DNA of 38,397 nt. Source: a virus (Duplodnaviria > Caudoviricetes). The translations under genes and the position numbers were made by a program. The notes below the pieces were generated by a model. The model was not told the DNA's origin. It saw only the letters and a list, made by a program, of their open reading frames with translations, and did no database searches. This document shows positions 16,511-25,471 of the stretch, in pieces. The DNA lies in IMG/VR virus record IMGVR_UViG_3300014656_000065, positions 1 to 38,397 of that record; one strand, given 5' to 3'. The number at the start of each line of letters is the position of its first letter. Within the stretch, counting starts at the first letter, position 1.

Positions 16511-17868
16511 GCTATCGCGTACCCCGCCTTCTTCCAATAATCTATTGTGCCGGTAAACACACCCGTATCCCCCGTGTCAACCCCGATCGTGCAGATGACA
16601 GCAGCCGCCGCCGGAAGGGGAAAGAACGACCCGTTAAACTTGTCGATGATGTCCGTCTCTGTGCCGCTGACATTCTTTATAACCGTGCCGTTGAAATGGT
16701 CGACAAGGATGTAATCGCCGATACCGCTGATAGTCTCCTCGACCGTCCACGTATCTCCCGCAGCCCATGCCTTCACGTCATCAAAGTAATTTGTGGTCGG
16801 CCCCACCGTATCGGGGTTAATAAGCAGACGGAATGTGTTGGTTGGATTCGCCGCAGCCGCACTGTTTATCAGCACACCGTCCACGTACCAGTTCACAGTC
16901 CCATCCGCAAGCACCTCGAACAGCCATGCCGCCCACGTATCATCGGTCATAGTCGGGTTGCTTGTAGTCGCGCCGCCCCCGACCTCGTGCCGGGTCTTGT
17001 CCCAAATGTAATAAGCCCCGCGCAGAAAGACGCCGAATGTAGCATCAGATACGTCGCCGGACTTGACTCGCAGGGATACGTAATACTTATCGCCAACAGC
17101 CCCGACCGCTTCGTCCCATGTAAGCGTCTGGTTCCAGACCCCGCCGCTGTCATGGATGGCGGTCAGTTCCGAACTCGCAATAGCCCACGTCCCGTCATTG
17201 TCCTCAGTCCATGCGGACAGGTCGCCGCCGAAAACCTCGCTGGGGCCGACCGTGAGCGTCGGGTCGGTCAGTGCATTCCCGTCGGTGTTTGCAATCTTCA
17301 CAGTGAAGCGCTGTGTGGGACGCGTGCCTGTGATCGGGGCCAGTATCTGCGAGTGGCCGGACCCGGCGCCGGTCGCCTGAGCTACCGTATCATCGTAGAA
17401 TTCTGGATCAGACGCCTCGAAGGTCAGGCGCACATTGCCCGCCGTGTACTGGCTGCCGTATGCGGGAATGAACTTATGATCGAGCAGCTTCGCGAACTGG
17501 CGGCGCGTAGCCGAATAGCCCGCCCCTGTGCGCAACTCCACATCAAGGAACGTCTCTGTATCGGCGTACAGATCAAGCTGCTCAAAGAGATGCTCCACGA
17601 TCTGAACGAGGGCGCCGCCGTACTTACTGGATGCACCGCCCAGCAGGGTGAGGCACATACCCTCTACGGTTATAATCTTACTGCTCTTCATCCCGTCACC
17701 TACCGCCACGCCGCCATGCCTGTGAGGCACGCTCTGCGTATCCCGCCTGAACGAATCGCCGAATATGTCGGATGACCAGAATCGGAAGGCCTCAACAAGA
17801 GATGCAGTCAGATTCCCGGCGAGGTTGTTTATGCGGATATCATAGTTTTCGTTTGCCCCGAGCGTCAT
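16507..17868 (-). CDS. Distal tail protein (Dit) with an inserted concanavalin/LamG-like domain
   Basis: Follows the tape measure; QSVPHRHGGV and LTFEASDPEFY Dit-type motifs; WAAWLFEV...VNWYVDGVLI...YFDDVKAW lectin-like insert. Confidence 0.7.
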   Translation of the reverse strand: MTLGANENYDIRINNLAGNLTASLVEAFRFWSSDIFGDSFRRDTQSVPHRHGGVAVGDGMKSSKIITVEGMCLTLLGGASSKYGGALVQIVEHLFEQLDLYADTETFLDVELRTGAGYSATRRQFAKLLDHKFIPAYGSQYTAGNVRLTFEASDPEFYDDTVAQATGAGSGHSQILAPITGTRPTQRFTVKIANTDGNALTDPTLTVGPSEVFGGDLSAWTEDNDGTWAIASSELTAIHDSGGVWNQTLTWDEAVGAVGDKYYVSLRVKSGDVSDATFGVFLRGAYYIWDKTRHEVGGGATTSNPTMTDDTWAAWLFEVLADGTVNWYVDGVLINSAAAANPTNTFRLLINPDTVGPTTNYFDDVKAWAAGDTWTVEETISGIGDYILVDHFNGTVIKNVSGTETDIIDKFNGSFFPLPAAAAVICTIGVDTGDTGVFTGTIDYWKKAGYAIA

Positions 17869-19817
17869 CTCGCCAACCTCCCTGCCATCCGCCTTGATGT
17901 CAGGCGGTCCTCGAAGTTTTGGAAGGCCTCGCGTAGCCGCCTCCTTGAGTCCAGATCCCCGTAGTTATTGAATGTGAAGCCCATTCCGCCGCCCATATTC
18001 CCCATGCTTTCCATCGGATGCTCTGGGTTAAAGATATGCTCTCCCGCGTGGACCATCGCCAGACCGGTGCGAGGAACGACACCGCCGTATTCATAGGCGG
18101 GTACGCTGCTCGTAAGACTGCTCTTCGCCTTGCTTGCCAGCCCGCCGAGCGCCGCCTTCGCAGCTCCGGCCGCAGCTCCGACCAGGGCTATCTTCGCAAT
18201 AGCGCTCCAGTCTATCACTCCCATCATCAGCAGCTTCGCGGTCCACTTTATCTGATCGGCCATGACCTCGTAGACAGCCGCGTCGATGATCGCCTGCAGC
18301 ATCGCCACAACACTGTCTATCATGCCGCTGGCGAGTAAGGCCCCGAACCTGCCCTCTTCCTGCAGCACCATCTCGAAAGTCGAGGAGAATATACTGAGCA
18401 TGGCGAATCCCATATCCTCATAGAGCTGTTGTTTGCGCTGCTGCTCGGCCTCTATGCGCTCGATATCTCTCTGCGACATCTCCTCAAGGTCATCGTAGTA
18501 GTCCTCCTGCAGAGACTTCAGTTGATCCCACATATCTTCAGCCGTCTCGACGTCTTCCTCAGTCGGGATACCCGGGATAGTCACGTCGGGCTGGCCGATC
18601 TCTTCGGGTTTGTCGGCTATCGTCTGGCCGAGCATTTCCTTCTTCAGCTCGATCAGCGTCTCAAGCCGCCTCTGCGCCTCTTCTATCTGCTCAAGATTCT
18701 TTGTCCCCTCAGACTTACCGAACTCAGACCCCTGCCCGCTCTGCGCTCCGCGACCCAGACCGATAGCCTCCCAGAAGCCAACCGACGCACCCTTCTTCTT
18801 GCTCTTCTCTTCGAGTTCGGCGATGGTCTTTCTTGTTTCCTTTATCTCTGTGTTGACCGCAGCGAGACTGTCGGGTAGGTCGCTTACTTCCTTACGCAGA
18901 GACTTCATCCACATGATCAGCCCGACGATGCCAATCACGGCCAGACCTACGGCCGCAATTATCCCCGTGACCGGGTTCGTAAACGCCAGCGCGAACTGAG
19001 AGAGAAGCATGATAAGACCCGCTCCGCCGATACCCCCGCCCGCCAGAACTGCGACAAGGGTCTGATTCGCCTCTACCCATTTCGTCACCTTCGGAAGTAT
19101 GTCGCTGATGTACTTTGCCAGCTTGACGATCATCGGCAGGATCGCTTCGCCGAGGTCTTCTTTCAGGTCGCCCAACGCCATCGACATCTGCTTGAGCTGC
19201 CCGGTGTAAGTCTTAGATGCAGCGAGTGCCTGGCCTGACATCTTGTCGCTGATAACATCCAACAGCGCGGCAGTCCTCTCGCTACCCTTCAGCGAGTTGT
19301 CAATCTCTATACCGTATCTCGTAAGTGCGTTGGTCGATGACCCGATGGTTTTTGCAAGCAGCGCAGCAGCAGTATTAAAATCCATCTTTAGGGCAGTAGC
19401 AAGATCGGCCGTCGCCTGAGTTGCCCGCTCAAGCCCGTCGCCGGACAATTTACCAAGCGTCACGAGCAGCGTTTGCGCCTGGATGATCTCCTCATCCCCG
19501 AAGTTGCTCATCTTCTGAAGCTGCGCGGCATAGGCCTTTGCCTGCTCGAAGCGCTCTTCCGTGTAGGTCCCGGCGTTCTTCATCGCCTGCAGCAGTCCGA
19601 TCTCCGCCTGCTCCTGAACGCCGTAAGCCTTCGTCAGGTCACGCATGATAAGGATGCCGCCAGCAAGAGCAGCACCCGCGCCGAGGCGAGCCTTCTTGAG
19701 CTTGGCCTGATTCTTCTGCACGAAGCTGGTAAACTGAGCGAGCTTACCCTTCGCCTGATTCAGGCCCTTCTCAAGGTTCGCGATGAACGCGCCTATCTTC
19801 AGGTTTACTTCAGCCAT
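17865..19817 (-). CDS. Tail tape measure protein
   Basis: 650 aa, Ala/Leu-rich helical; TYTGQLKQM..ALGDLKEDLGEAILP; C-terminal YEYGGVVPRTGLAMVHAGE. Confidence 0.9.
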   Translation of the reverse strand: MAEVNLKIGAFIANLEKGLNQAKGKLAQFTSFVQKNQAKLKKARLGAGAALAGGILIMRDLTKAYGVQEQAEIGLLQAMKNAGTYTEERFEQAKAYAAQLQKMSNFGDEEIIQAQTLLVTLGKLSGDGLERATQATADLATALKMDFNTAAALLAKTIGSSTNALTRYGIEIDNSLKGSERTAALLDVISDKMSGQALAASKTYTGQLKQMSMALGDLKEDLGEAILPMIVKLAKYISDILPKVTKWVEANQTLVAVLAGGGIGGAGLIMLLSQFALAFTNPVTGIIAAVGLAVIGIVGLIMWMKSLRKEVSDLPDSLAAVNTEIKETRKTIAELEEKSKKKGASVGFWEAIGLGRGAQSGQGSEFGKSEGTKNLEQIEEAQRRLETLIELKKEMLGQTIADKPEEIGQPDVTIPGIPTEEDVETAEDMWDQLKSLQEDYYDDLEEMSQRDIERIEAEQQRKQQLYEDMGFAMLSIFSSTFEMVLQEEGRFGALLASGMIDSVVAMLQAIIDAAVYEVMADQIKWTAKLLMMGVIDWSAIAKIALVGAAAGAAKAALGGLASKAKSSLTSSVPAYEYGGVVPRTGLAMVHAGEHIFNPEHPMESMGNMGGGMGFTFNNYGDLDSRRRLREAFQNFEDRLTSRRMAGRLAR

Positions 19818-20181
19818 TGTCCTCTGCGGGGATCAGATCCCCAAGTATGATATCTTCCGGAATGCCTGAGACCGGCTCGGCGTTCTCTATCTTTTCGAGC
19901 AATTCGGCCTGAGCCGCCTTGCGCTTATCAGCATCGAACGACCGCATGAACTCTTCCCATCCGTCTTGCGTTGCGTTCGCAGCCCGAGCCGCGATAGCAC
20001 GCTCCTTGAACTCCTGCAGGTGCGCCTTCCCGGCAGCATTCAGGTACAGGAAATACTGCGTGAAGGTAAGCTTCCTGTCGTTCTTCCCGTATCGCCTGCA
20101 TATCTCTCCTAGTGCGCCGATGAAGTCTGCCTCATCGCCTTTATCGCTTCTGTCAGGCGCCCCTGCGCCTGAGTAAAATTT
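19810..20181 (-). CDS. Tail assembly chaperone C-terminal extension (gpGT-like), reached by -1 frameshift
   Basis: Open -1 frame KFYSGAGAP...LGEICRRYG...LTFTQYFLYL between the chaperone and the tape measure; no good RBS/start of its own. Confidence 0.65.
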   Translation of the reverse strand, partial: KFYSGAGAPDRSDKGDEADFIGALGEICRRYGKNDRKLTFTQYFLYLNAAGKAHLQEFKERAIAARAANATQDGWEEFMRSFDADKRKAAQAELLEKIENAEPVSGIPEDIILGDLIPAEDNG

Positions 20182-20591
20182 ACGGCCATCTCCTCCGCGT
20201 CGCAGAGATAGAGGAGCGCATTGATGCACGCCGTAAACTGTGCCGGTGTCAGCAACCGATGCAGCTTGCCCTTCAGGTCTACGCGATCAGCACACTCAGC
20301 GATAAAGTCACAGATAGGCTCGAACGCAGGCTTGAACAGCCTGAACGCCCCGGCATCTACCTTGCCTGCCTTCGCTATCTTCTCGACCTGCTTTGCCGCC
20401 CACTTCTGCGAGTAGACCGGCACGAGCTTCTCGATAGACCCTTCAAAGAACTCAAGCATGTCGTACATGTAGGGCTCTCTAAGGAGCAGCACTGTCTGTT
20501 CTTCGGGCCTGTGCTTCGCCCCGACTAGGATCTTGCAGGGCGTGTTATGAAGTCTTTCGAGTGGCAGTCGCTTCTTTCTTCTTCCCCACAT
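20109..20591 (-). CDS. Tail assembly chaperone (gpG-like)
   Basis: Position between tube genes and tape measure; GGAGGT RBS; slippery site near the 3' end. Confidence 0.65.
   Translation of the reverse strand: MWGRRKKRLPLERLHNTPCKILVGAKHRPEEQTVLLLREPYMYDMLEFFEGSIEKLVPVYSQKWAAKQVEKIAKAGKVDAGAFRLFKPAFEPICDFIAECADRVDLKGKLHRLLTPAQFTACINALLYLCDAEEMAVNFTQAQGRLTEAIKAMRQTSSAH
20175..20181 (-). promoter_or_regulatory. -1 ribosomal frameshift slippery heptamer A AAU UUU
   Basis: In-frame GTA AAT TTT fits X XXY YYZ; a -1 slip enters the frame ending at 19810. Confidence 0.65.
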
Positions 20592-20772
20592 CAGCGACCA
20601 CCTCCATCTGCTTTTCTTTCGATCCCTGGGTCGCCACCTCTTCTAGGCGCTTCCTTTCTAATGCCTGGATCGTTGCACGCCGGTGCGGGAATAACGAAAC
20701 CGGCTGCCCCGGCTGCAGCACTTCCCCCATCAGGTGAAAGGCTTTCAGCACCTTGTACTTCTGCTTTTTCAT
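20545..20772 (-). CDS. Small basic hypothetical virion-region protein
   Basis: GAAAGG upstream; MKKQKYKVLKAFHLMGEVLQPGQPVSL resembles small head-tail region proteins; overlaps neighbours. Confidence 0.55.
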   Translation of the reverse strand: MKKQKYKVLKAFHLMGEVLQPGQPVSLFPHRRATIQALERKRLEEVATQGSKEKQMEVVADVGKKKEATATRKTS

Positions 20773-21187
20773 TTCCGTTACCTTTCATCGCGTATGATTT
20801 GCTTCCGCTCTCATCGACTCGCTTGGCGACCTCGAGCTCCTCGAGAAGAAAGTTCATGTTGTACTTAAACTCCGATCTGTCACTCCTGTGAAGGGACGCA
20901 TGGAAGAGCATGCGTCTCTCGCTGAGCTCTTTGACATCGCCACGGATATCAAAAAGGAATATCTTCTCGCCGGACTGCTTGATGAATCCACCTGCGGTGC
21001 CCGCGAACTTGCCAGGCTTGTAATCCTTCTGGACCTTCCTGTCCACATACTTTATGGCGTGACACATAAGCGCCGCCGCCACACCGATGTCTTCGCAGAG
21101 GACCCCATTGCCACCTTGGTTCGCATAGAACTTGTAAATGCGGCCCTTCTTGAAGAACTTGTCAAACTGATTTAAGTCGGATATCAT
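20591..21187 (-). CDS. Hypothetical protein
   Basis: 198-aa ORF filling the gap after the tube genes; the last ~60 aa overlap the next gene in another frame. Confidence 0.65.
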   Translation of the reverse strand: MISDLNQFDKFFKKGRIYKFYANQGGNGVLCEDIGVAAALMCHAIKYVDRKVQKDYKPGKFAGTAGGFIKQSGEKIFLFDIRGDVKELSERRMLFHASLHRSDRSEFKYNMNFLLEELEVAKRVDESGSKSYAMKGNGNEKAEVQGAESLSPDGGSAAAGAAGFVIPAPACNDPGIRKEAPRRGGDPGIERKADGGGR

Positions 21188-21211
21188 ATCTCAATCTCAC
21201 TTTCTAATCTC

Positions 21212-21700
21212 TTATGCCGCAGCATCGCTGATAAGCGCGGCTCTCGTGTTTGTCACGTCGTAGAGCAGATGGAACGTACACGCCAGCTTGCTCTCTTCAG
21301 CGTCTTTGGTCACCAGTGAGGCTGGCGCACTGAGCACGCAGCGGCTTGCTGTGATAGTCCTGACGTACATGTTGGCACCGGGGACGTAGCTGTAGATCAC
21401 AACCGCCATCTCTGCCGGCACCGCCTCCGGAACGATGTCGAGCGTGTAGGGTCCGGCTCCCGCGACGGCTTCCTGGATCCCCATTGCGATCTTCATGTTC
21501 GCCTGAGTGATCTCAGAGAGCGTGAAGGAGATGTCATATCCCCAGGTGTCCCGGGCTCCGAGGTCCATCGGTATGCCCTCGACCTTCTGGTAATACTGAG
21601 AGAGCGTGGGTGCGAACGTGATCCCGTCCCCGAGATACCCGAGGTCTGACCCGATAGTTACCGATGCTCCACCCTGTACCAGATTATCCTTACTTGCCAT
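21212..21700 (-). CDS. Major tail tube protein, copy 2
   Basis: DLGYLGDGITF...ISFTLSEITQANMKIAMG...LACTFHLLYD tube-type pattern; AGGAGGTGA RBS; synteny. Confidence 0.8.
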   Translation of the reverse strand: MASKDNLVQGGASVTIGSDLGYLGDGITFAPTLSQYYQKVEGIPMDLGARDTWGYDISFTLSEITQANMKIAMGIQEAVAGAGPYTLDIVPEAVPAEMAVVIYSYVPGANMYVRTITASRCVLSAPASLVTKDAEESKLACTFHLLYDVTNTRAALISDAAA

Positions 21701-21734
21701 GATTCACCTCCTTTACACCCAATGGGTTTCTTGC

Positions 21735-22223
21735 CTACGATGCGGCATCACTGATTATCGCGGCTCTTGTATTCGATACGTCGTAGAGCAGATGGAACGT
21801 ACACGCCAGCTTGCTCTCTTCGGCGTCCTTTGTCACCAGCGAGGCTGGGGCGCTGAGCACACAACGGGTCGCCGTGATCGTTCTTAGGAACAGACTGCCG
21901 CCAGGAACGTAGCTGTAGATCACGATGGTTTGTTCTGTCGGCACCGCTTCCGCAACGACCTTTAGCGTGGCGGGCGGGCCAGTCACGATGGTCTCCTGGA
22001 TCCCCATTGCGATCTTCATGTTCGCCTGAGTGATCTCTGAGAGCGTGAAGGAGATGTCGTATCCCCAGGTGTCCCGCGCTCCGAGGTCCATCGGTATGCC
22101 CTCGACCTTCTGGTAGTACTGAGAGAGCGTGGGTGCGAACGTGATGCCGTCCCCGAGATACCCGAGGTCGGACCCGATAGTCACCGCCGCTCCACCCTGA
22201 CACAGGTTGTCTTTGTCAGCCAT
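21735..22223 (-). CDS. Major tail tube protein, copy 1
   Basis: Same motifs as copy 2; directly follows the tail terminator-like gene. Confidence 0.8.
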   Translation of the reverse strand: MADKDNLCQGGAAVTIGSDLGYLGDGITFAPTLSQYYQKVEGIPMDLGARDTWGYDISFTLSEITQANMKIAMGIQETIVTGPPATLKVVAEAVPTEQTIVIYSYVPGGSLFLRTITATRCVLSAPASLVTKDAEESKLACTFHLLYDVSNTRAAIISDAAS

Positions 22224-22235
22224 AATTCACCTCCT

Positions 22236-23069
22236 CTACTCTTGATAGGGTTCTGCATCTTTGCCGTCGTCTTTGTCGGGTGCGGATTTAGTTTTGAATG
22301 TGTACTTACCAGGTGTCGTCCCCCACCACTCGTTATTGCTACGGCTTCTCGGTTTGAAATAGTGAGTAGTTCCAGCAAGTAGCCCGGAGAGTGGCACTGA
22401 ATGCGAGGTGACAAGTGTTTCGTCGTGGGTGCTCTCCTGGTTGAGATTGTTCGGGTCTGTTCCGTAGACGATCAGCGAGGTCCCCACCTTATTCGTGTCA
22501 TATGTGATAGTGATAGAGCTTACCGTCGGAGCGGTCGACGCGACGTTGCTGATCTCCGGCGGAGAGGCCTGCTGCTCCAGCGCCTCGAAATCCTTCAGGC
22601 GTATCTTGTGGAGCAGTTCGCCAGTAGCGGCGTATCGGTTATCCTGCCCGTCCTCGACAACGACATTATCGAAGGCCGGGTTGGCCCACCCGACTATCGC
22701 CTCTCTTATCTGCGCGAGCTCAAGGAAGTTTCCACTGAGATGCGTGTAGACATCCCACATCATCTTGAGTATTCCATCCTTGCCGGTGATCCCCCCGAGA
22801 GGACCTTCCAGCGTAGGGTCTGTGATATAGTTCAGGCCGATGATTCTCGCGTGATACCAGACACGGTAGATGCGAGTGGTCTTCGTCCTGTTGTCAGTGC
22901 GCTCGAAATCGATACACGGCGGGCCGGGAATGATGTGCAGTATCTTGCCCGTGTATGATCTGCGCCCCGGGCCGAGCACGACCTCCATCGTCGCGCCGCC
23001 GAACTCCGCCTTCAGGTCGTCTCGTAGCGATTCCAGATAGTTCTCGTATGTCACACTCGGCATGCTCAC
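22236..23069 (-). CDS. Putative tail terminator/completion protein with a C-terminal fibronectin type III-like domain
   Basis: Synteny between gpG-like and tube genes; PPEISNV..TVSSITITYDT...IVYGTD...SHSVPLSGLLAGTTHYFK is FN3-like. Confidence 0.65.
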   Translation of the reverse strand: MSMPSVTYENYLESLRDDLKAEFGGATMEVVLGPGRRSYTGKILHIIPGPPCIDFERTDNRTKTTRIYRVWYHARIIGLNYITDPTLEGPLGGITGKDGILKMMWDVYTHLSGNFLELAQIREAIVGWANPAFDNVVVEDGQDNRYAATGELLHKIRLKDFEALEQQASPPEISNVASTAPTVSSITITYDTNKVGTSLIVYGTDPNNLNQESTHDETLVTSHSVPLSGLLAGTTHYFKPRSRSNNEWWGTTPGKYTFKTKSAPDKDDGKDAEPYQE

Positions 23070-23662
23070 GTTGCTCTCCCGCGCATAGCCTTAGCCTTCT
23101 CGTTAAAGAATTCCTCTGTCGTATCTTCCAGTCTCTTATCGTCCCCCTCGGTCCATGTGATGATCGGCCTGGCCGGCACCTTGAATGTCCTGGCCGGCTG
23201 AACCACCTTCGTGCAAAACACGTCCGTACCGTCGGACTTCGTGAAATGCAGAACGCCGCCTTTCTTGCGTGGCCGGATAATCGTCTCCGGCCGAGTAACG
23301 CTTCCCCCACCATGCAGCCTGCTGGCCCTCTCGTCTGGCGTACCGACCTTCATACCCTTCGGCTGAACATCGGCAGAGAAGCTGCGCCTCAGACGCCCGT
23401 GATCGATCAGCGCTGCGATAGAAGTGAACCCGAACTTGCGCCGGCGGTGATCGCGCAACCCAAGGGTCATGGGACTAGGCGCCGCCCAGCTACCCGCCGG
23501 GCGCCCCTGCTGCAGAAACGTCTGGTCGAGGACGCCGATGTAGTAGACTCCGAACCTCTTGAACGGCACAGTCAGGTCCTTCGCTAACCACTTCCAGCCA
23601 TCGAGGAGCTTATTGACCGCGTCGATCTCACGCTTCGGCATTACTACGGTGATCTCCGGCAT
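23066..23662 (-). CDS. Virion morphogenesis protein (Mu gpG / P2 gpS-like)
   Basis: FLQQGRPAGSWAAPSPMT, LIDHGRLRRS, VGT..RASRLHGGG, VPARPII. Confidence 0.82.
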   Translation of the reverse strand: MPEITVVMPKREIDAVNKLLDGWKWLAKDLTVPFKRFGVYYIGVLDQTFLQQGRPAGSWAAPSPMTLGLRDHRRRKFGFTSIAALIDHGRLRRSFSADVQPKGMKVGTPDERASRLHGGGSVTRPETIIRPRKKGGVLHFTKSDGTDVFCTKVVQPARTFKVPARPIITWTEGDDKRLEDTTEEFFNEKAKAMRGRAT

Positions 23663-24117
23663 CAGTCCCTATCCTCCGCTATCGAGTCGAGGCGATCGCT
23701 GTCAGGCTCCCAGTTGATCTCATCGTCGACGTCCATGATCGGCGTGTAGTCCTTCGTGTTGCTGTCATAGCCGTCCGCTACAGCGCTCTTGCGACTCTCG
23801 CCAGGGATGTCCATCTCGCGGGCGCGGATCTTCTCGAGTAGAGCGATCGCGTTCTTGTAGGCTTCCTTGTCAGGCTCCTGGAGATGACCGGTCTCATGGC
23901 CGATGCGTATCTGTCCGCGATACCGGATGATGTCTGCGGCCAGACCCTTGATCAGATCAGGCACCGGATCGAAGGGGACGGAGTATTCCCGCTCAAGATA
24001 CGCGTGCAGCTCCGCCTCCCCGCTGGCGATGGCCTCGTTCATGATCAGATCAGGGACCTGGTCGGTCGTCACCTTCCAGACGGTGGTCCTAAATATCGCT
24101 GCAGTCCAGTAGGCCAT
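23662..24117 (-). CDS. Head-tail adaptor, Mu gp36/DUF1320-like
   Basis: MAYWT...AIASGEAELHAYLEREYSVPFDPVPDLIKGLAADIIRY...YKNAIALLEKI. Confidence 0.85.
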   Translation of the reverse strand: MAYWTAAIFRTTVWKVTTDQVPDLIMNEAIASGEAELHAYLEREYSVPFDPVPDLIKGLAADIIRYRGQIRIGHETGHLQEPDKEAYKNAIALLEKIRAREMDIPGESRKSAVADGYDSNTKDYTPIMDVDDEINWEPDSDRLDSIAEDRD

Positions 24118-24446
24118 CAGCTATTTGACCGCCTTATCTCCTCGAGGCGGGCCTTCTCCATCCTCCGCAGCCCGTTGGTATGAGCGGCCTGGAACTGTCC
24201 GAGCTCTGCGGGTGTCGATACCGGCTTGCTTGTAGGCTTGGCTGAGCCGTTGCCCGTCAGCTTCTTGGCCTGATCCGGCGTCGCCTCGAAGACTCCGCCG
24301 GGAGCGATGACTGCGTTGCCTTCCGTTCCGTAGTTCGACATGATGATGCACCTGACGGCTTCGAGATTCCGCCCCTCGGACTTCTGCGGGGCAGGTGCCT
24401 CTTCCTTCTCCATGGCCTGCGGGGCCTTGTTGGTATACTTCTTCAT
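24117..24446 (-). CDS. Hypothetical protein downstream of the capsid gene
   Basis: AAGGAAAGGG upstream; TGATG-coupled to the gp36-like gene. Confidence 0.7.
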   Translation of the reverse strand: MKKYTNKAPQAMEKEEAPAPQKSEGRNLEAVRCIIMSNYGTEGNAVIAPGGVFEATPDQAKKLTGNGSAKPTSKPVSTPAELGQFQAAHTNGLRRMEKARLEEIRRSNS

Positions 24447-24469
24447 GGTCCCTTTCCTTTCTTGTGAAC

Positions 24470-24518
24470 CGGCTTGCCGAGAGCGTCCCGGATCCCAGAC
24501 GACACTCGCGGGCTGCCG
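24470..24518 (-). other. Irregular GC-rich stem-loop after the capsid gene
   Basis: cggc...gagagcgtc/gacgacactc...gccg complementary arms; no U tract. Confidence 0.4.
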
Positions 24519-24537
24519 ATATATCTCTACGTCACTC

Positions 24538-25449
24538 TTAGGTGACGTCGGTGAACTTGTAGATCGCTGTGGCGGTGACTTCCTTGAAGGTCCGCTTGTG
24601 CATTTCCTTCACCCACCAGCCGCCACGGTCCTCGTCGCGCCACTTGGTCACGACGAAACCAGAAGCCTCAGGCTGGATAGCCCAGGGGGCATCCCTTTCT
24701 CCTGAAGCAGTACGTACCAGGTACGCATCGTCGCCGATGACTCGCCCGAGAGAAGCGGCCGCGCCAGCATCAGCGCTGTCCTTCATGGCGCTGGATACCA
24801 GGGGACTGACGCCCAGCTTCGGGGTGGAGGCGAACTTCTCGCCATCGGAAGCGAGAACATCGTAGAAGCTCTGATACTTCACGTAGCCAAGTATCCCGGT
24901 CGCTACGGCCAGTTCCTCGAATACGTGATCGCCAGCGACCAGCCTTGTCGCCTTCTGCCCGCAAGCAGCCTTCAGGGTCAGCTTCGCCAGCGAGATATCG
25001 GCGATCGGGGTTCCATCGGCATGATCCCAGTCGTTCGACGGGGTTGCCCCGTAAGACGTGGCGGCCATGAGCACAACCAGCCTCATCTCATGAAGCAGCT
25101 TCAGGCGCTTCGTGAGGAAGGCCACAGCGTCTTCCATCGGCTTGACGGGATCTCTGGACTCTTTGATTTCTTCGTCAGAGACGAAGGTCTTCAGAGCCCT
25201 TGTCGGGATCGTGCCGGATCCCTCCGTGATGTCGTATCCGACCTCGTTGGTTCCGCTCTTTGCGGCCTTGATGTCGTCAATCTCATTGTCGAGAACTTCG
25301 GTGCCGTAGATCTTGTACTTGTAGCTCGAGCTTGCGCACGGCTTGATCGGGGCAACCTCATCAGCGATGAAGGCTTCGGCCTCGTTGTACCTGTAGTCCC
25401 TCGCGAGAGTGGTCAGGTAGGTATCGACTCTTACATCTGCTACATCCAT
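24538..25449 (-). CDS. Major capsid protein
   Basis: VDTYLTTLARDY...FIADEVAPI, WDHADGTPIADI; position after protease and decoration genes; AGGAGGTGA RBS. Confidence 0.85.
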   Translation of the reverse strand: MDVADVRVDTYLTTLARDYRYNEAEAFIADEVAPIKPCASSSYKYKIYGTEVLDNEIDDIKAAKSGTNEVGYDITEGSGTIPTRALKTFVSDEEIKESRDPVKPMEDAVAFLTKRLKLLHEMRLVVLMAATSYGATPSNDWDHADGTPIADISLAKLTLKAACGQKATRLVAGDHVFEELAVATGILGYVKYQSFYDVLASDGEKFASTPKLGVSPLVSSAMKDSADAGAAASLGRVIGDDAYLVRTASGERDAPWAIQPEASGFVVTKWRDEDRGGWWVKEMHKRTFKEVTATAIYKFTDVT

Positions 25450-25471
25450 TTCATTTCACCTCCTTCAGGTG

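Larger units (their letters stand above)
21212..22235. repeat. Tandem direct duplication (period 523 bp) covering both tube genes and their RBS
   Basis: Both ORFs are 489 nt; 136/162 aa identical by manual alignment; shared upstream ttcacctcct. Confidence 0.95.

Noticed and set aside
21212-22223. Diversity-generating retroelement TR/VR pair
   Set aside because: No reverse transcriptase in the window, both copies are full ORFs with RBS, and differences are not confined to adenines
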